Made by a program: the position numbers and the translations under genes. From Penicillus capitatus (lineage: Eukaryota; Plantae; Chlorophyta), in NCBI GenBank assembly GCA_965649825.1, contig OZ287700.1:1364001-1428000 (forward strand): a DNA stretch of 64,000 nt. The letters run 5' to 3'. The notes under the pieces were generated by a model. That model was not told the origin of the DNA. It ran no database searches and saw only the letters and a program-made list of their open reading frames with translations. Below are positions 47,300 through 61,403 of the stretch, in pieces; within the stretch, counting starts at the first letter, position 1; the number at the start of each line of letters is the position of its first letter.

Positions 47300-50200
47300 A
47301 TGGATGAGAAACTCGCGCCTTCGCCGCTCACGTTTTTTCCGGAGCAACTCATTTTTCAAAACGTCAAGATCCACGAAGTCCAATAGACCTCCTGTCTTTT
47401 CGCGACGGCTTCTGAGATGGCGGCGCTCATAGGTGTACACTGGCACTGTCACCATTCGCAATAACTTAAACGCGACAGTCGATCTAACGTTGCGCGCCGG
47501 AAGCGCTGATCGATATGTGATCTGTCCCGCGCAGCTGCGGATCAAACCGGGAGACGTGGATAACGTCGAGATTCGTTTGAAGATTTTGAAGTATGCCTCG
47601 CTTAAGAAAGCAATGTCGGTCGGACAGCGGGATATCTTCCACATCAAGGTTCGCGAAACGGTCCAAGAGCGTTGTAAACGTTGGATCCTGTGTTTGCTAG
47701 TCAAAATTCTTTGAACAGAAATACTACGCAACGTTCTTTCTCAAACCTGATCCACCACTGCCGCGTGCTGGAGTCGAAAAGGAGGATACCGTGTCCATTG
47801 CAGAGCGTGTGCCGTTGACGACTGCGAGGAATACGGTGGAAAGAGAAACGAGTGAATTGCAGCGTCCTCCATCGCAACGTTATTGTCGATGGCTTTCGTA
47901 TGGATGTTGCCGATTTAAGTTTTGAAGGTCCGGATGAAGCTGAATTGGAAATACGTGTGGCCGAAGCTGTGAAAGAAGAGAGAGAACGACAAGAAGAAAG
48001 AAATGAGAAAGTTAGAAGAGCATCATCATCAAAATCCCTGTGCTATTTCTGAAGATTCATAGGTTCTTCAATTGCTGCGCAAAAAGGACGACAAAATCGC
48101 AGAGCTCACAGCGGAAATCGAACGAATACAATCAGAAGGGAGTTTCGCAGAGCGTCCATCGACAGAGCGACCTATGAAAGAAAGCGCGTCAGATTCTCGA
48201 ATGGAAGATTTACGCGAGGAAAACGAAGGCCTCAAGGACGACTTGCGTCTTTGCAGGCAGCACAAAGAAGCGAGCGATGCATCCGCAAGAAAGAAAAGCT
48301 AACCGTTCTTGCCTGGCATGCAGGAACTCCAGGAGCTTTTGGAAAAACAGCGACAGGCCTTCTCTGAGGAATCGCATCGTCTTCTCGAATTCAAAGATTT
48401 CTGCGAAACGCATGAAATGCAGGAGAAGACGTGTGAAGAGGCGCAAAGCGATTTGCGTCGAGCACGTACTGAACTTGTCGCCCGTGACGTTCGTATTTCG
48501 GAGCTGACAACGCAGAATGAAAGCTTGGAATTGGAGGTCGAGGCTCTCAGACCATTGACCGAGCAGCTGCGTCAGCTGAAAGAGCTGCACAGTGTTGCCA
48601 AACAGACTGCCATGTGCGCGGAAGAGAAGCTCCAGTCCGCAAAGAGTGCATTATCTGAGACGATGTCGTTAAAGAAGAAAGCCGAAGAAGAATGCCGCGA
48701 ACATCGACACCTTGCGACGACTCTGCAGTCACAACTCAAACATGCCGCATCGGCCAGAGACAAATGGCACGCTGAGGTTGAAGAAATGAGGTAACGGTTT
48801 AGATTTTGATCGACAGTGGCTCAAGAGTGAAGAGCAGAATGGAGAGCGAGGACTTGCGGAAGACGTGGACCGGCGAAAAACGAAAACTCCAGAGGGACAT
48901 ACAAATTCTGCAGCAGAATCTAAGACGACTGGAGCAGCCGACAAGCAAACGTGCCGCAGAGAATACCCGAAAAGACGGCGACGTTCTGCCAGTCGCAGAA
49001 GAAAACGTTCTCGACGACAGAAATCGACAACTCCTGAGCGAGAATGCGGAACTTCGCAAAGAGATCGCGTCGCTTTCCATCAAGTCCGACACAGCTACGA
49101 GAGATCTTGCGCGTCTCAAGAACGATCTGCGACAACCGACGCGTCGTAGAGAACACGAGGCCGACGCAGATGGGAGACTCGAATGCGTGGCGAGCAACGT
49201 TACGAGTGAACGGCTGATGGATCTGCATCGAGAGCTGGCAACGCGAGAACAAGAAGTTCAAGTGCTGCGGAGTAAAAATGAAATCTTCGAAATCGAAGTG
49301 GCCCGGCTACAACAGCAACTTACAGAGGCTGCGCGTGAAACAACGCAGAATCATGCTCGACTTCTGGAAGCGGAACGCGTTATGCACAGTCGAGTAAGAG
49401 GCTACGGAATGACGGAATCGGATTTTGGTGGATGCTTGGGTTGGGTGATTAGGTCGACGCGGCTCAACGTCAACAAGCGGCGGCATCGCAAGTGCAGTCT
49501 AAAGAGCTTTTCTCACTTCAACGCTGTCTTCGCCAATGCGAGAGTGCACTGGAAAATGCGTTGGCAGAAAAGGAAACTGCAGAACAGGCGAAACAAGAAG
49601 CGTTGGCCAAGCATGATAAACTAAAAGTTCGTCGCCGTAATCTGGCGCGCTTCTCATGAGAGAGCTTTTGCGACAGGTCGATCTGCAACACATGAAAGAG
49701 GTGTCTCTACAAGAAAAGCAAACCGCTGAGGAACGGGAGGCCGCTACGAACCGAGATGCAGTTGACCTTCGAAGGTGCCATTTGTGCGGACCGTGCGAAA
49801 TGTCCATGCCTGTCGACGAATAGGCAGTTCAAAGAACAGAAGATGGAGTTGGAGTCGATGCAGATCAAGAACACCGTTTTGATAGAAACGATCGAAACTC
49901 TTCAAGTGGGAGAGTCCAGCGAGAAGGAACAGAGGCTGGTGACCTTGACCACTCAACTGCTCGAAGCTCGTGGCCGTCAGCTGACAACCGAACGGCGTAT
50001 CGAAAACCTGCAGGTGATGGCTTGTGTATCACAGGCAGATCTAACAAAAGGTTCAGTGTGCTTATGAACAACAATGCGAGATACAATACCGTTTAGAAGC
50101 TCAAGTTGACGCCTTGTGTAAGGAAAAGACAAGAGCTCTTTCGGAGAAGGTGACCTTACATGAGAGAGTCCAGACTTTGGAACAAGAGATTCAGCGAATC

Positions 50201-53200
50201 AGGTAACCAAGTCTGCGATGTGGTGACTTCCGTTATGAAGCTAAAAAATCGTTTGTTCTGTAGAGCTGCATCGAAACAAGAAAATCAGGAAAGGATCATA
50301 CTATCGCAGAAACTCGATCTGCAAGAAATGCACGTTAGACAAATGGAGGCGGAACGAGACGCGGCAAAGGAAGCATTGACAGCAACAAGTGCCCGACATC
50401 TTCGAGAAATCGACCTGTCTGCAGAAATCGAGAAGGCCATTGTCTCATAAACAAGGATGTTTAGGCTGCGGAAGACGGAACTGGAACGTCTCCGTGCCAT
50501 CACTGCTGCATCCATGCCGCTAGATCCGACACCCGAAGAGCAGCTGTTCATTGAGAACAAGTTGGAGGAAATCTCAGAAATCTTGAAGCGTCTCTCTTTT
50601 CTTTCGAAAGATGAAGAAAGACACGTCGAACAAGTGAAAGAGGAAGCTCTCACGTTCCTTTCAGTCTACGAGAAGTTCAAGGTATCCATCTTCTCATTCG
50701 GCAAAGATGATGTTCGTGGACTGGCTCAAAGAGTGTGATCTCCGATAGCGAGAGGATCAGAGCGACGCATGAGGTCGACATCCGTCTTCTTCAGAACGAG
50801 TCTTCCTACTGGTCGCATCGAGTGAAGTCAGTGGTCGTCTTTTACTCGACTGGAAAGCAGCTGTGCTGTTCAGATGTCTTGAAGCCGAGTTGGAAAAGAA
50901 AACGGTCGAGTGGCAGATGAGTCATTGTCAGAGCAATGCCTTGTGTCTGCTCCTGAAGAACAGAGAAGAGATGCTTCTTCTGCACACAGAGAATCGTTTG
51001 CAGCAACAAGTCTGTTGGGTTCTCGGCCTTGTCTCTGATGCGACGTTTCGCCGAATAGGAAGCGCAAGTTCAGCAATGTTGGGAACGAAATAGAACTCTT
51101 TTGGAGGAACTCGACGAATATCAGTCCAGGAAGACTGAAGCAGAGATATTGCTCAAACAAGAGGTGCTTAAATCCAGAGAATTCCAAGGAAAACTGCAAG
51201 CGCTTCAGATAGAACACCAGGTAAGTCCTCGACGATCCGCTCTCTCATATCTCTTTCTTTACGGGTAGGAGCTGAAAACAGACTCTGATGGCAGCAAGGA
51301 AGGACATAGGACAAAGAGTGAGAATTGGGAAACGGTTGTGGAACAGGTTACCGAAATGGAGAACAGTGGAAAATCTATCAAAGAATACTTTGAACGCGAG
51401 ATCGTGAAGCTAATGTTGTCTTCGGACCCGAAAGAAAAGATCCTTGCTTTGACACGTCAAGTAACAGGAGGGCGAATAACGGTCGACTTCTAAACGCTCT
51501 AGTTTGCTAGATTTGCGGCCTGAAAGTTACAGAAAGTGAACTAATCGCTTCTCTGGCATCCGCTCAACGAAAGAGTGATACACTGAGAATGCAATGCGCA
51601 CAACTAAAGGAGACTCTATTTCATCAAAAGGTCATGTGTACCTATTTCGGAAACGATTTGAAGTTTTCGGATATCTCAGGAGCAATGCAAAGATGAGGTT
51701 CCTTCCCATTCTCAGAGATCGGACTCGGCTGAAGATCTGCGAGCTAGAGATAAAGAAATTGCCTCTAAGTTGCAGGAGATCTATCGACTGAGACTGAAGT
51801 CTGAAGAAAAGGAACAGGTCGATCAAAGCATGTTCCAAACGATATCGTCTTATGCCGTTAAAGGAATTGACTGAGAAGCAATGCAAAATCGAGGCCATGG
51901 CAACGAAGCTGACGACATTGGAGGTCGCTTTCGAGGATGCTGCCATCGCACACAGAGAGGAGATCGAAGATGTTAAGAAGGAAAGCACAGCAACGCTCGA
52001 AAGCGAGCAAAGCAAACGACATCTCCAACTTACAGAAAAAGATGAACAGATTCGAGATCTCGCCACCCGTAGCACGACGCATTTGCATGTTTCGCCAGCA
52101 ATGTACTGGAATGATTCTTCAGAGTTCAGCGAAGCGGAACGTGCACACGCAGAACAACTCCATGAAGAGAGGACACAAAATGCCCAAGCTATTGAAGAAG
52201 CCGTTCAAAAAACCATCGAAGGTCTCCCTACGGTAAAGCAATTCGAACAGGTATGCTGTCTCTGATCTAGCAATGGGGTTCACTTGAGACATACGCAGGC
52301 CGAAATCGAAAGGGACATGCACAAAGATGAACTCAAGCGGATTGAGAAAGACCTCCTTGCTGTCCAGGAGGAGAACATTTTACTAGAGGAAGAATTGAGT
52401 CGTATGAAACGAAAAGTGCTTGAACTTCAGGCGACGGAGGAGATCACGTCCACTGCTGTCGCCGATCTTGAGAAAACGCTTCAGCACATCGGGAAATCAG
52501 TCGCCAGCAGCGCAAGACTTCCAAAGAAAAATCCTCAAAGCCAAAAGCAAAATCCCTTCTCTGTCAACGTAGCGATCGTCGTCGTGACAGGAAGAGGAAT
52601 GAAAAGAATGCGATCCAAGAAACCGAAGGATCTGTCGAAGCCATCTCGCGGCAGTTGGTGCAATCCAAGTTATCGGAAGCCGATGCCAAACGAAAACTCC
52701 GAGTTGCTGCGAGGTCTTGAACTGAGATCGGCGTCGTTTTATATCTCGAGAGATGTATGGAGTAGGGTGGAGGTCGAATTGCGCCAAACCATTGTCCAGC
52801 GAGACAGTCGAATCGCAGAACTGAAAGAAACGATCAACACGCGCTCGAAGACATGTAGTGCACTGAAGAGACAACTGGAGTCTTTCACACGGGATCGTCA
52901 TCCGCTGAAAGAAATCAAAGATCTGGACACGTCTGTAGAAAAGATGGACCGAGGTTCAGAAGATTCGAAAAAGACGTCGTCGTCAAAGGAGACAGCGAAA
53001 CTCAGAATTGAGTTGGCAAAGAGACGAGCAGATATACTCTTTCTAGAAGGAGAACTGGCCGAAGCAAAAGCGGCCCAATCAGATCCAGAAACCTTCCGTC
53101 ATGAAGTGGAGAGTCTGGGGAAGACACTCGATGAGAAAACGATCGAGTTAGAGCAAAGACTCTTTGCACTCTACGAGAACGTCCATGCGCTTTCCAGAAA

Positions 53201-56200
53201 GATCTTCCCTGAGAAAGACGCCTCCATCCCATCCGAGTCGTACATACACTCTTAACTTCTTGCAGAAACTGTCAGATGAGATGGGATGTTGCTGCAGTTG
53301 GAAGGGTATGTCTGTACAGGAGGCTGAGAAGCACAGCAAGGATCTTATGAAACAGATCCATGAACACATTCAGGCAAGAACAAATCGCCGAGTTGGCCGA
53401 TGTTGAGCGATATTTGTGAAGGACTGTATCAGCAGCGAGAATTCTTTGAAGATGGAGAATCAGCTTTTGCAAAGCGAACTCCTCGAGACGCGCGGCCACA
53501 GTGTAAGAGATTGAGATGTCTAACCATATGAGTGGATGCGTGTCTGAGTAGAGTGAGCAGAATGTACCTGTCGAAGCCCCTACAGGAGCATCAAGTCGGA
53601 GATGGAGTTTAACAACTAAATCGTCAGGCCAGCCGAGTTGCGAAACGGCCAGAGCGTTGGAAACAGAGCAGTCGACATCGACAGGCTCAAGGACGCCAAG
53701 GAGGTTTGCAAAAATCCACTCCTACCTGAGAGACATTCAAAACGTCATTGATGCGCACAAAAAGGGTTACGAACGCGACAAGAGTGGTTTCTGGAAAAAG
53801 CTGCGTATTCTAGGCACGGAGATGAGTTGGCAGCACTGGAGAGATATCAGACAATCTGTTTCTCACGCTGTTTGTTGCATTTCTTTCGAGCTATCGACGT
53901 TGCCTTTCGAAGGGGGTACTTGCAGTTCCCATCTCAGCTCCAAGAGCGATGGAGCATCTCAAGTCCCTTCTATGTCTACGACATGTCCTTCTAGACCATC
54001 GTCTTCGAACGAAGAAGGCCTTGGGCATGAATGCATTCCTGCAAAGCATGATATGGCTGTTCAAACGGATGACGCAATGAAGGAGAACATCAAAGAAGTG
54101 AAGGCGTTGATTTCGGCCCTGAAGAAGAAGGCAAACAAGTGGAAGCAGAGATGCAAGGTTCTGAGATCGGCCTTTGCCAACCTGAAATCAAAGGCAACCA
54201 CTCAGGAAGCCGTTCTGACGGTCAGTGTTTTCGGTGGAATGCATATATTGAGATCAGATTGCACAGGAGAAATTGCGGATGGCCGAGTCTGAGTTGGAAC
54301 AGAAAAGCAATGCTTTCACGGTGGAGATTCAGCGACTCCAGTCACATCACTCATCAGAAACTTCAGAATGTGCGGATCATGTAACAGAAGAGTGATTCCT
54401 GCTCCTTCGTATACATACGTGTTGTTCTATCCGCAGATGAGTGATCGTACAGAAGCCGCCGAGATTCATCCTCGCAACAAACGACCAGCAGAAGAGCTCA
54501 AAATCCATCACAGTGCAGCAGAAATGGAAATCATTCGTCTGAAAGTGAGACGTCCGCTATCATCTCATGTGATGATAGATTCCTATGTTCTAGACACGTT
54601 TGGCACATGAAAGATGCGAACGAAAGAGAATCGTTTCTTTCTTAAAGGAATCGTTGAAGGAAATGCAAGCATCAGGCAACGGCGAGCAGCGGATCAAAGA
54701 ACAGACAGCGAGGCTTCAGGCTCAGCTATACGATGCTCATGCAACGAACGAGGAGCTGAGCCTCTCCAACCAAGACAAAATTCTGGCACTTAATTGCCTT
54801 GAACAAGAAAAGTCATCTATGGAAGCGAGACTCTCGCAACTGCAGTACGAGATCGATCGACAGAGCAAAGAGCATAAAGAATTGGAGATCCGGCAGCATC
54901 AGGTCGATGACGTTCGCCAGGAGGCCGGCTCTCTTCTTCTGTAATGAAATAGGCATTCGCCAGTGTGCAGTCATCCTTGCATCAGATGGAACGCAGAATC
55001 AAGGTGATGGAGAGAGTTGCTGATGTATGGGAATCGACATCCTTTCCTTCACTCACGAACACCCTAAGATCTCGTAAGAAGACATCGAAAGAGGATTATT
55101 CTGTGAGCGAATCGTTCTGCAGATGCCGTGGAAAGTATACAGCACCTTGAACGTACGGCATCTGGAATCAGCGCTGGATTGATTAACCTGAAGAAGCTTC
55201 TAAAACAACGTTGCCGGTTCGTAACAGATGGGTGGAAAAAGATGACCGCACTGTACAGAATGAAGGTATCTGTTAGATCAGCATCCAGCCGATCTCTGAC
55301 TAGAGAATCCAACAAGACACGTAAAACGCACTCAATTTATTCCGTCTCTTGTTTCTAGAAAGCAATGACGGAGTTCAAGAACGATCTTTTCTGTCAACTG
55401 AACAAGCTGCAAGAAGACAAGATGGCCCTTACGCTGGAGGCAGAACGGTCCAGGAGAAGTGCTGCAGACCTGAAGAACGAGTTGGACGAAATGAAGAACA
55501 CGTCGCTTCATTCTGCTCTAGCTGCCGAACAATCGACAGAGGTCTTCTGAATCCAGTTTCTTCTGCCGATGCGAGAGGCACGCATGTTAGGCCCTGCTCA
55601 AGAAACATGTTTCCGAGATAGAGGACATCAAGATTCGGCATCATGCTGAAAAGGACGCACTCTGGGAGGAGGCTCTGCGTCAAATGGATTCTGTCAGATC
55701 CGAGTCGACACAAATCGCTGTTGAGAAAACACACAAACAGTCCATCTCACTTCTTCTCTCTTTTTTTGACGAACTTACGATTAGATTGACATCTGAGTGG
55801 GAAGAGCGTCTTCGACAAAAGGAGGAAGACGAAAAGAGATGCGAAGCCGAATACAATCGGCTTTTACAAGAGTTTGCGCGATACCAGAGAAACAAAGAAC
55901 ACGAAATTCGCAGTCTAGAAGCAAGATTGCGTGATTACTTGGGCGGAAGGCCAAGGTCTACAGCCACAGCCTTCTTCTTCGGGCACCAGTCTCATCGGTA
56001 CTTCTATTCAGGAACCAAAAGAGAAGAGACAACGAAAGCAGCCGAATGGATGAAACGTCAACGGGTTCCGATGCCACCTCGTCATCTGGTCACTGTACTG
56101 GCATAATACCCTGTAACGAAGAACGCTTGTTTTAGGTATTCGACACGTTCGAAGCTCTATTGACGACGACTGTGATCTGTTGGAAAGACTGAGGATCGTC

Positions 56201-57098
56201 CATCGGGAGCTTGAATTCGAGCAACTCGAAAAGAGGCGAATTGAAAAGACACTTTCGTCGCTGAAGCAGCAAGGACTCGAAACAACTGAAAAGCTAAAGG
56301 CTGCGCAGAAGGAGCTACGGTCGCTCAAGACGAGTCTCTCTGGACAGGCGACGTTACTCGAGGAGCGAGCTACGTTTAAGGTAACGACTCACGTTCCGTC
56401 TTGGCTGTCGAGAAAAGCGTCGGATCAAGGCGGAGAGCGAGAAGCTGAGAAACGAAGTGGGGATGTTAAAGGAAGAAGTGAAGTCCGCCAAAGCCGAAAG
56501 TTGTAGCCGACTCAGGGCTCTGCTCGCAGCGCAGACCGCATCTTCGGCTGAAACGCAATCCGCTATCTCCAATGCGTTAGAAACGGAACGGGCTGCAAAG
56601 AACGCAGTCGAGACGAAACTCGTTGCAGCAAAGAACACGATCATCCGCAAGGACAGCATCATCACGTCATACATCTGACTCCTGACCCGTGGCCCAGATT
56701 CAAATCTTTCCGCAGGGAGCTGAGGAGGAAAGTCGAAGAGGCGGAAGATGTTTCTCGCGAAATGGCTGTATCAGAGTTGCGAGAAGTACAGGAGGCGACA
56801 ACCAGTAAACTGTGCAAACTGAAAAAGGCTCTGGGCGAAAAGGAAGCCCTCATACGTCAGCTGACGGCAAGGCTGAATGCCTTGAGCAAGGAGAATGCCG
56901 AAACAGAGAAGAATTCGACGAACGAGGATCAAGAGGTATGCTTCTTCTTACCTGATGAGAGTCCAACGCATTGACGGGAATAATGACGTAGACGGCGCTT
57001 TCGATATCTCACCTGAACCGGGTGCACTCTTCTGTCATTCTTCTTGTTCGGGAGCTTTCGAAAAGCCTGTTTTCACGCCGATTGTCCTCAGGAACTAA
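47300..57098 (+). CDS. very large multi-exon coiled-coil protein with N-terminal Ig/MSP-like domain; may be more than one gene, 3' end uncertain (57098 or 57382)
   Basis: FFPEQLIF...VYTGTVTIRNNLNATVDLTLRAGSADRYVICPAQLRIKPG, then about 9 kb of E/K/L/Q/R-rich exons on the same strand. Confidence 0.65.
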
Positions 57099-58416
57099 TG
57101 AAGAGATGGTTCACAAGTGATCCCATGGATGAATGAACTCTATATCGATGTGAAGAGATGTTTCCTAGGGAAGTGCCGGATGCGGCCAACACATCGATCG
57201 CGGATCTCGTGCATCTTTCCGTAGCAGAGGTTGAAGATCTCCTTTCCCCGACTCATACGAAGGGAGACCAGGCCAACGAACCCGTTCGTTTATATCTCGA
57301 TCAGTTAAGCCAACAGTTGAATCAAATTGCCACCAGTAAGGAGCATCTATCTTACTTACTAAGGAAGTACGCAAATGTGTAACACGCATGCTTAGAACTG
57401 AATTGCGATGAAACCGTTGCGAAATCCGTCGAAGATCTTGTGTCAGCAGTTCTGGAGAAAGCAATTCGTTAAATGATGTGCAACGTAGGCAGATCAATTG
57501 TTAAGTATTAGTCGAGGAGTTTTCGTACACTGTACCCGTTATCAGAACGCTATGGCATACGACATAACACTCTTTTACAATTTCGTACATTCGGAGATCG
57601 AAACCGAAAAGGCGATGATCGCCACACAGCTAGGCGGCACGATTTGTGTTCGAACATTGTTGCGAAGAGTTCAGCGTCCTCAAAACTTCTGAAAACCAAC
57701 AGACGCGACATGGGTGTTTTCGCGGGTTAAACAGTCCAACCAGCCTATGCAAGCAATGAATGGTGTAGACTGTGTGGATCATTTGCCACAGCGTAGCAAC
57801 GCAGATTCAGACATACAAGCAGAAATTAGAAAGAGCTTTCTACGAAAGGTCTAAACTTCACATAGCGCATTAAGCTCGAAGACTCGACGGCTCGATGAAG
57901 CGAACAGTCCGCACGATGTTCCTGGATCTTCAACCGTCGAGAGACGCATAACAGGTTCGCGGTAGTACACGAGACCAAAAGAAATGGTCTCCCTTCCGCC
58001 AAGACGAGTACCTACTGGACGCGCTATCCTCGTCGTCCTGTATCTTTCTCGGCGTCGGAGAACAACATACATACAGTTCACGCGCATGACGGATACTCTT
58101 TCGACAGCGCACCTTCGCACTCTACAGTTGTGTGTACTTTGTCACATGACTTGTTTCTGTGTGTTCTCAGGTTGCGAACCTTTCGCGTTTTGCGGTTCTT
58201 AGTCGTTGCGAAGCCCCATGACAGCTGAGTGACAGACAGCTCGACATCGTAGCTCTCCACGATTTGAGAATCTGCACGACCAATCACATGTGTAGAGAGG
58301 CATCACTGCCAAGAACCGGGCCTTGATTCTTCGAACGGATCGACTTCCCGTCGACCAGACCGATCTTCCACCCTCACTTCCGTTCTCGCCGAATCAAAGG
58401 TTCTCTGCTCTTTTTC

Positions 58417-59970
58417 ATGTTCCAGCTCTCATCTCTCTTCGTGGGGTGTCTCGGAGGAGATATGCGATGTCGAAGTCAAGGGACACGGCCTTGTGCAGAT
58501 CTTCCGGCAAATGAGAGATTTGCGACGAGGATCGTGGAGCAGGCGGGACCGTTCTCCAAGACCTCGACCGTCCCACACTACTGCAAAGGCCTCTGCGACC
58601 CGGAGAAGACGACTCGGCCACTGGCCAACCTGTCGAAGAGTGCTCTGCGTCATCGTGTTCATGTGCTCTCTAATCGAGCTCGAGGCATGGACACATTCGT
58701 CTTTGTGGGCGATCTCGGCCTTCGGGGCGGCGGAGGCGGAGAATCCTCGTCCGCCGGCGATGCGTTCGCACGTCAGACTGCTGTGGAAGTCACAGCGCCT
58801 GGATCGAAGACGAGAAGAGCCTTGAGACGAACACAGAGCACGTACCTCCAAAAGATCTTGAATGAAACGGCATGCCAGAGCCTAGAAGGCGTGGTAAAGT
58901 CGTTCAACAGAGCAGAAGACGCCGATCACAGAGTCGGCTTCAAGGAAGTGTTCCAGAATATCCGTGACGCCTTTAACGAGAAGCCAGTCAGATCCGTCGT
59001 CGACAAAAATTGGGGAGGTGGTCCGGGAATACCTCGCCCTATGTGGACTCGTTAGCGCGAGCAAAGATCACCTGCCTCCGTTCAAAAATTCCTTCGACTG
59101 TTAGACGTGCCCAGGCTTCCTTCCAATCGTCGTCGGAATTCATAGTACGAGCTATCGGATGGGAAAACAGTGGAAGATACAACGAAGCGATGCCGGTAAA
59201 GACGAGGGCTTTCGAGATTATCTGCACCACCACGGCGGCGCGGACCATCCGGACCTCGTCGCTTGCATGAATAATTATGCAATACTATTAAGAACATGCA
59301 AAGGCACGACGAAGCCTTGCCGATAAAGAAAAAGGCTTACGATTTGTGCGAGCGCATCTACGGCGGTGCGGACCATCAATGTTATGTAAAATGCATGCAA
59401 ACATACGCGATCGGCCTAGAAACGGCGGAAAGATTAGACGAAGCATGCCTGTGTACAAAAAAGCGCTCGACTTGTGCGAGCGCATACACCGCGTCGAAGA
59501 TCATCCAGATTTTGTTCCATGCTTGAGAAATTTAAGCACGAATCTTAAAAGAGTCGGAAGATCAAAAGAAGAGTTTTCCGCCTTCAAGAAGGCACTCGAG
59601 ATGATCCGCGCCGCCAAGGCGGCGTCGATAATCCGGATCTTCACGTTCGCATCACAAGTTGTGCTGTCGAACTAGAAGAACAGAAAAAGCCATCGACTCG
59701 TTTCCCATTTGCGAGAAGGAACTCAAGATGTGCAAACGCTTCCACCACATCGAGGATCATGTTGATCTTGTCGCGTGTATGATAAATTATGCTTTCAGGT
59801 TGGAAAGCGTAGGAAGAATCGACGAAGCGCGCTCTATCCGCTACGAAGTGGGCATCATGGATGGACAAATTCAGATTGCGCAAAACTCGAGATATTTACT
59901 CGGTTCTTTATCCGGCTTTCTTTCAAATCTCTTTGCATGTTTAGCCAGAAGTTCTAGTGTCGAAATGTGA
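58417..59970 (+). pseudogene. TPR (kinesin-light-chain-type) repeat gene with at least 5 frameshifts; pseudogene or assembly error
   Basis: About 43-aa repeats DHPDLVACMNNYA..L....R.DEA.P..KKA.E.C.R.H spread across shifting frames from about 59140 to 59970; the upstream ORF 58417-59055 is unassigned. Confidence 0.7.
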
Positions 59971-60133
59971 TGTACCGCTTTATTGGAAGCCATGCTTGAA
60001 GTACTTTGACTTTCTATGTTGTTCTCGACTTTTGTTTGAGTGCTCTGTACAATACTCGAAACAGCTGTTTCGAGTATTGTACAGGCTGTCCGGCTTCTTA
60101 CATCAATTGGATCGGTGGATCTCGATGTTTATT

Positions 60134-61403
60134 ACCTTCAAGGACTGATCAACAATCCGAGCCTTAGAAGATTGGTGTTTGCAGAATCGTATGCAGTGCA
60201 ATTGCTCAAAAACGAAGCTCCTAAGCATCACCAGACTCCGGAAATCACACACTCCTAAGCTATTATTCTTCGGTAACTCCATACTTCCATCCCAATCCCT
60301 GAAATACTCGGGGGTCCACTTCGATCGAAGACTCACATTCAGCGCTCACATAAATCAAGTGGAAATGAGACTGGCCCAACGCCTCTCCACGATAAGGAAA
60401 ATGGCATCAAAGCACTAGGGCACCAACCCCTGGACTCTCAGAACCCTAATCCGAGGCACTCTCATTCCACTGGCGACTTATGCAGCGACAACATGGGGTC
60501 CTCACATACTAGGAAACAAGTCCCGACTGAAGCAAATCAACTGTGTGTTCCGCTATGCAGCAATTGCCATCACGGGTGCACTGAGCACATCACCCTTTAC
60601 AGAAGTCATGCATCTCGCAGGCCTGGAAACCTTTGAGTCCCTCCTTCGGTCAGAAATTCCGAAGAAAGCAACGCACTGGTCGGCTGAACAACTCTCAGCA
60701 CAGGTCACCCAGACCTACCCGTCTCGTCTATCAGTCACTCGACAACTCTTTGCACTCCTGCCGAGAGAATCTCGCATACTCTCTCAGGGTATCAACGCTC
60801 TCCAATGGAAGTCTGAAATTCGAAGCTGGAATCACACTCAAACAGTATCGTCCTTTAGCCAGGACCCACACCCAGCCTCAAACAGAATATCGCTCCTCTG
60901 GGGCCCCTTCGCCTGGCGAGCCTTTTGGATCTTTAAAAATTACCGGCGCCTCGATCTGTCCTTACTAGCACAATTTCTCCTGGATCACTGGAGATCCCGT
61001 TCATATCTGCACCGAATCCGGAAACATGAATCCCCTCTCTGCAGACTGTGCGGCCAATCTGAGGAAACACGGCAACACATTCTCCAATGTCCCCATATCT
61101 GGCATCTTCGTTCTCAGCACCTCCCGGGCATCCAGACCCTAGAAGCCCTCAGTGTTTTCCTTCAAAAGCGTCCCAACATCTGTTCTTTGACAAAATTCTT
61201 GTGCGCCCTACATCACTTGTGGAAAAATCAAGAATAAGCAATAGGGTCGTATACTCTCATTTTGGATCTACCTTTAGACCGGCCACTCGAAGTTAACTCA
61301 TAGATCTAACTAGAAACACTTCGAACACTCTCCTTGTATCGCAGCCCTAAATGCCGATGGCGAAGGGGCTTTAAACCAACATTCACACACACCTTCAAGG
61401 ACT
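60134..61403. repeat. 13-bp direct repeat ACCTTCAAGGACT (target-site duplication) at 60134-60146 and 61391-61403
   Basis: Exact match at both ends of the LINE fragment; the first 1-2 bases overlap the CA tail. Confidence 0.9.
60147..61390 (+). mobile_element. 5'-truncated non-LTR retrotransposon (LINE, I/Jockey-group-like): RT C-terminus/thumb + CCHC finger, (CA)n tail, flanked by a TSD
   Basis: LEDWCLQNRMQCNCSKT, KYSGVHFDRRLTFSAHI, KH*GTNPWTLRTL, YAATTWG, SYLHRIRKHESPLCRLCGQSEETRQHILQCP; CACACACAC at 61384-61392; ACCTTCAAGGACT at 60134-60146 and 61391-61403. Confidence 0.92.

Noticed and set aside
57850-58290. Possible small minus-strand gene
   Set aside because: Short ORFs with no recognisable motif; not supportable.
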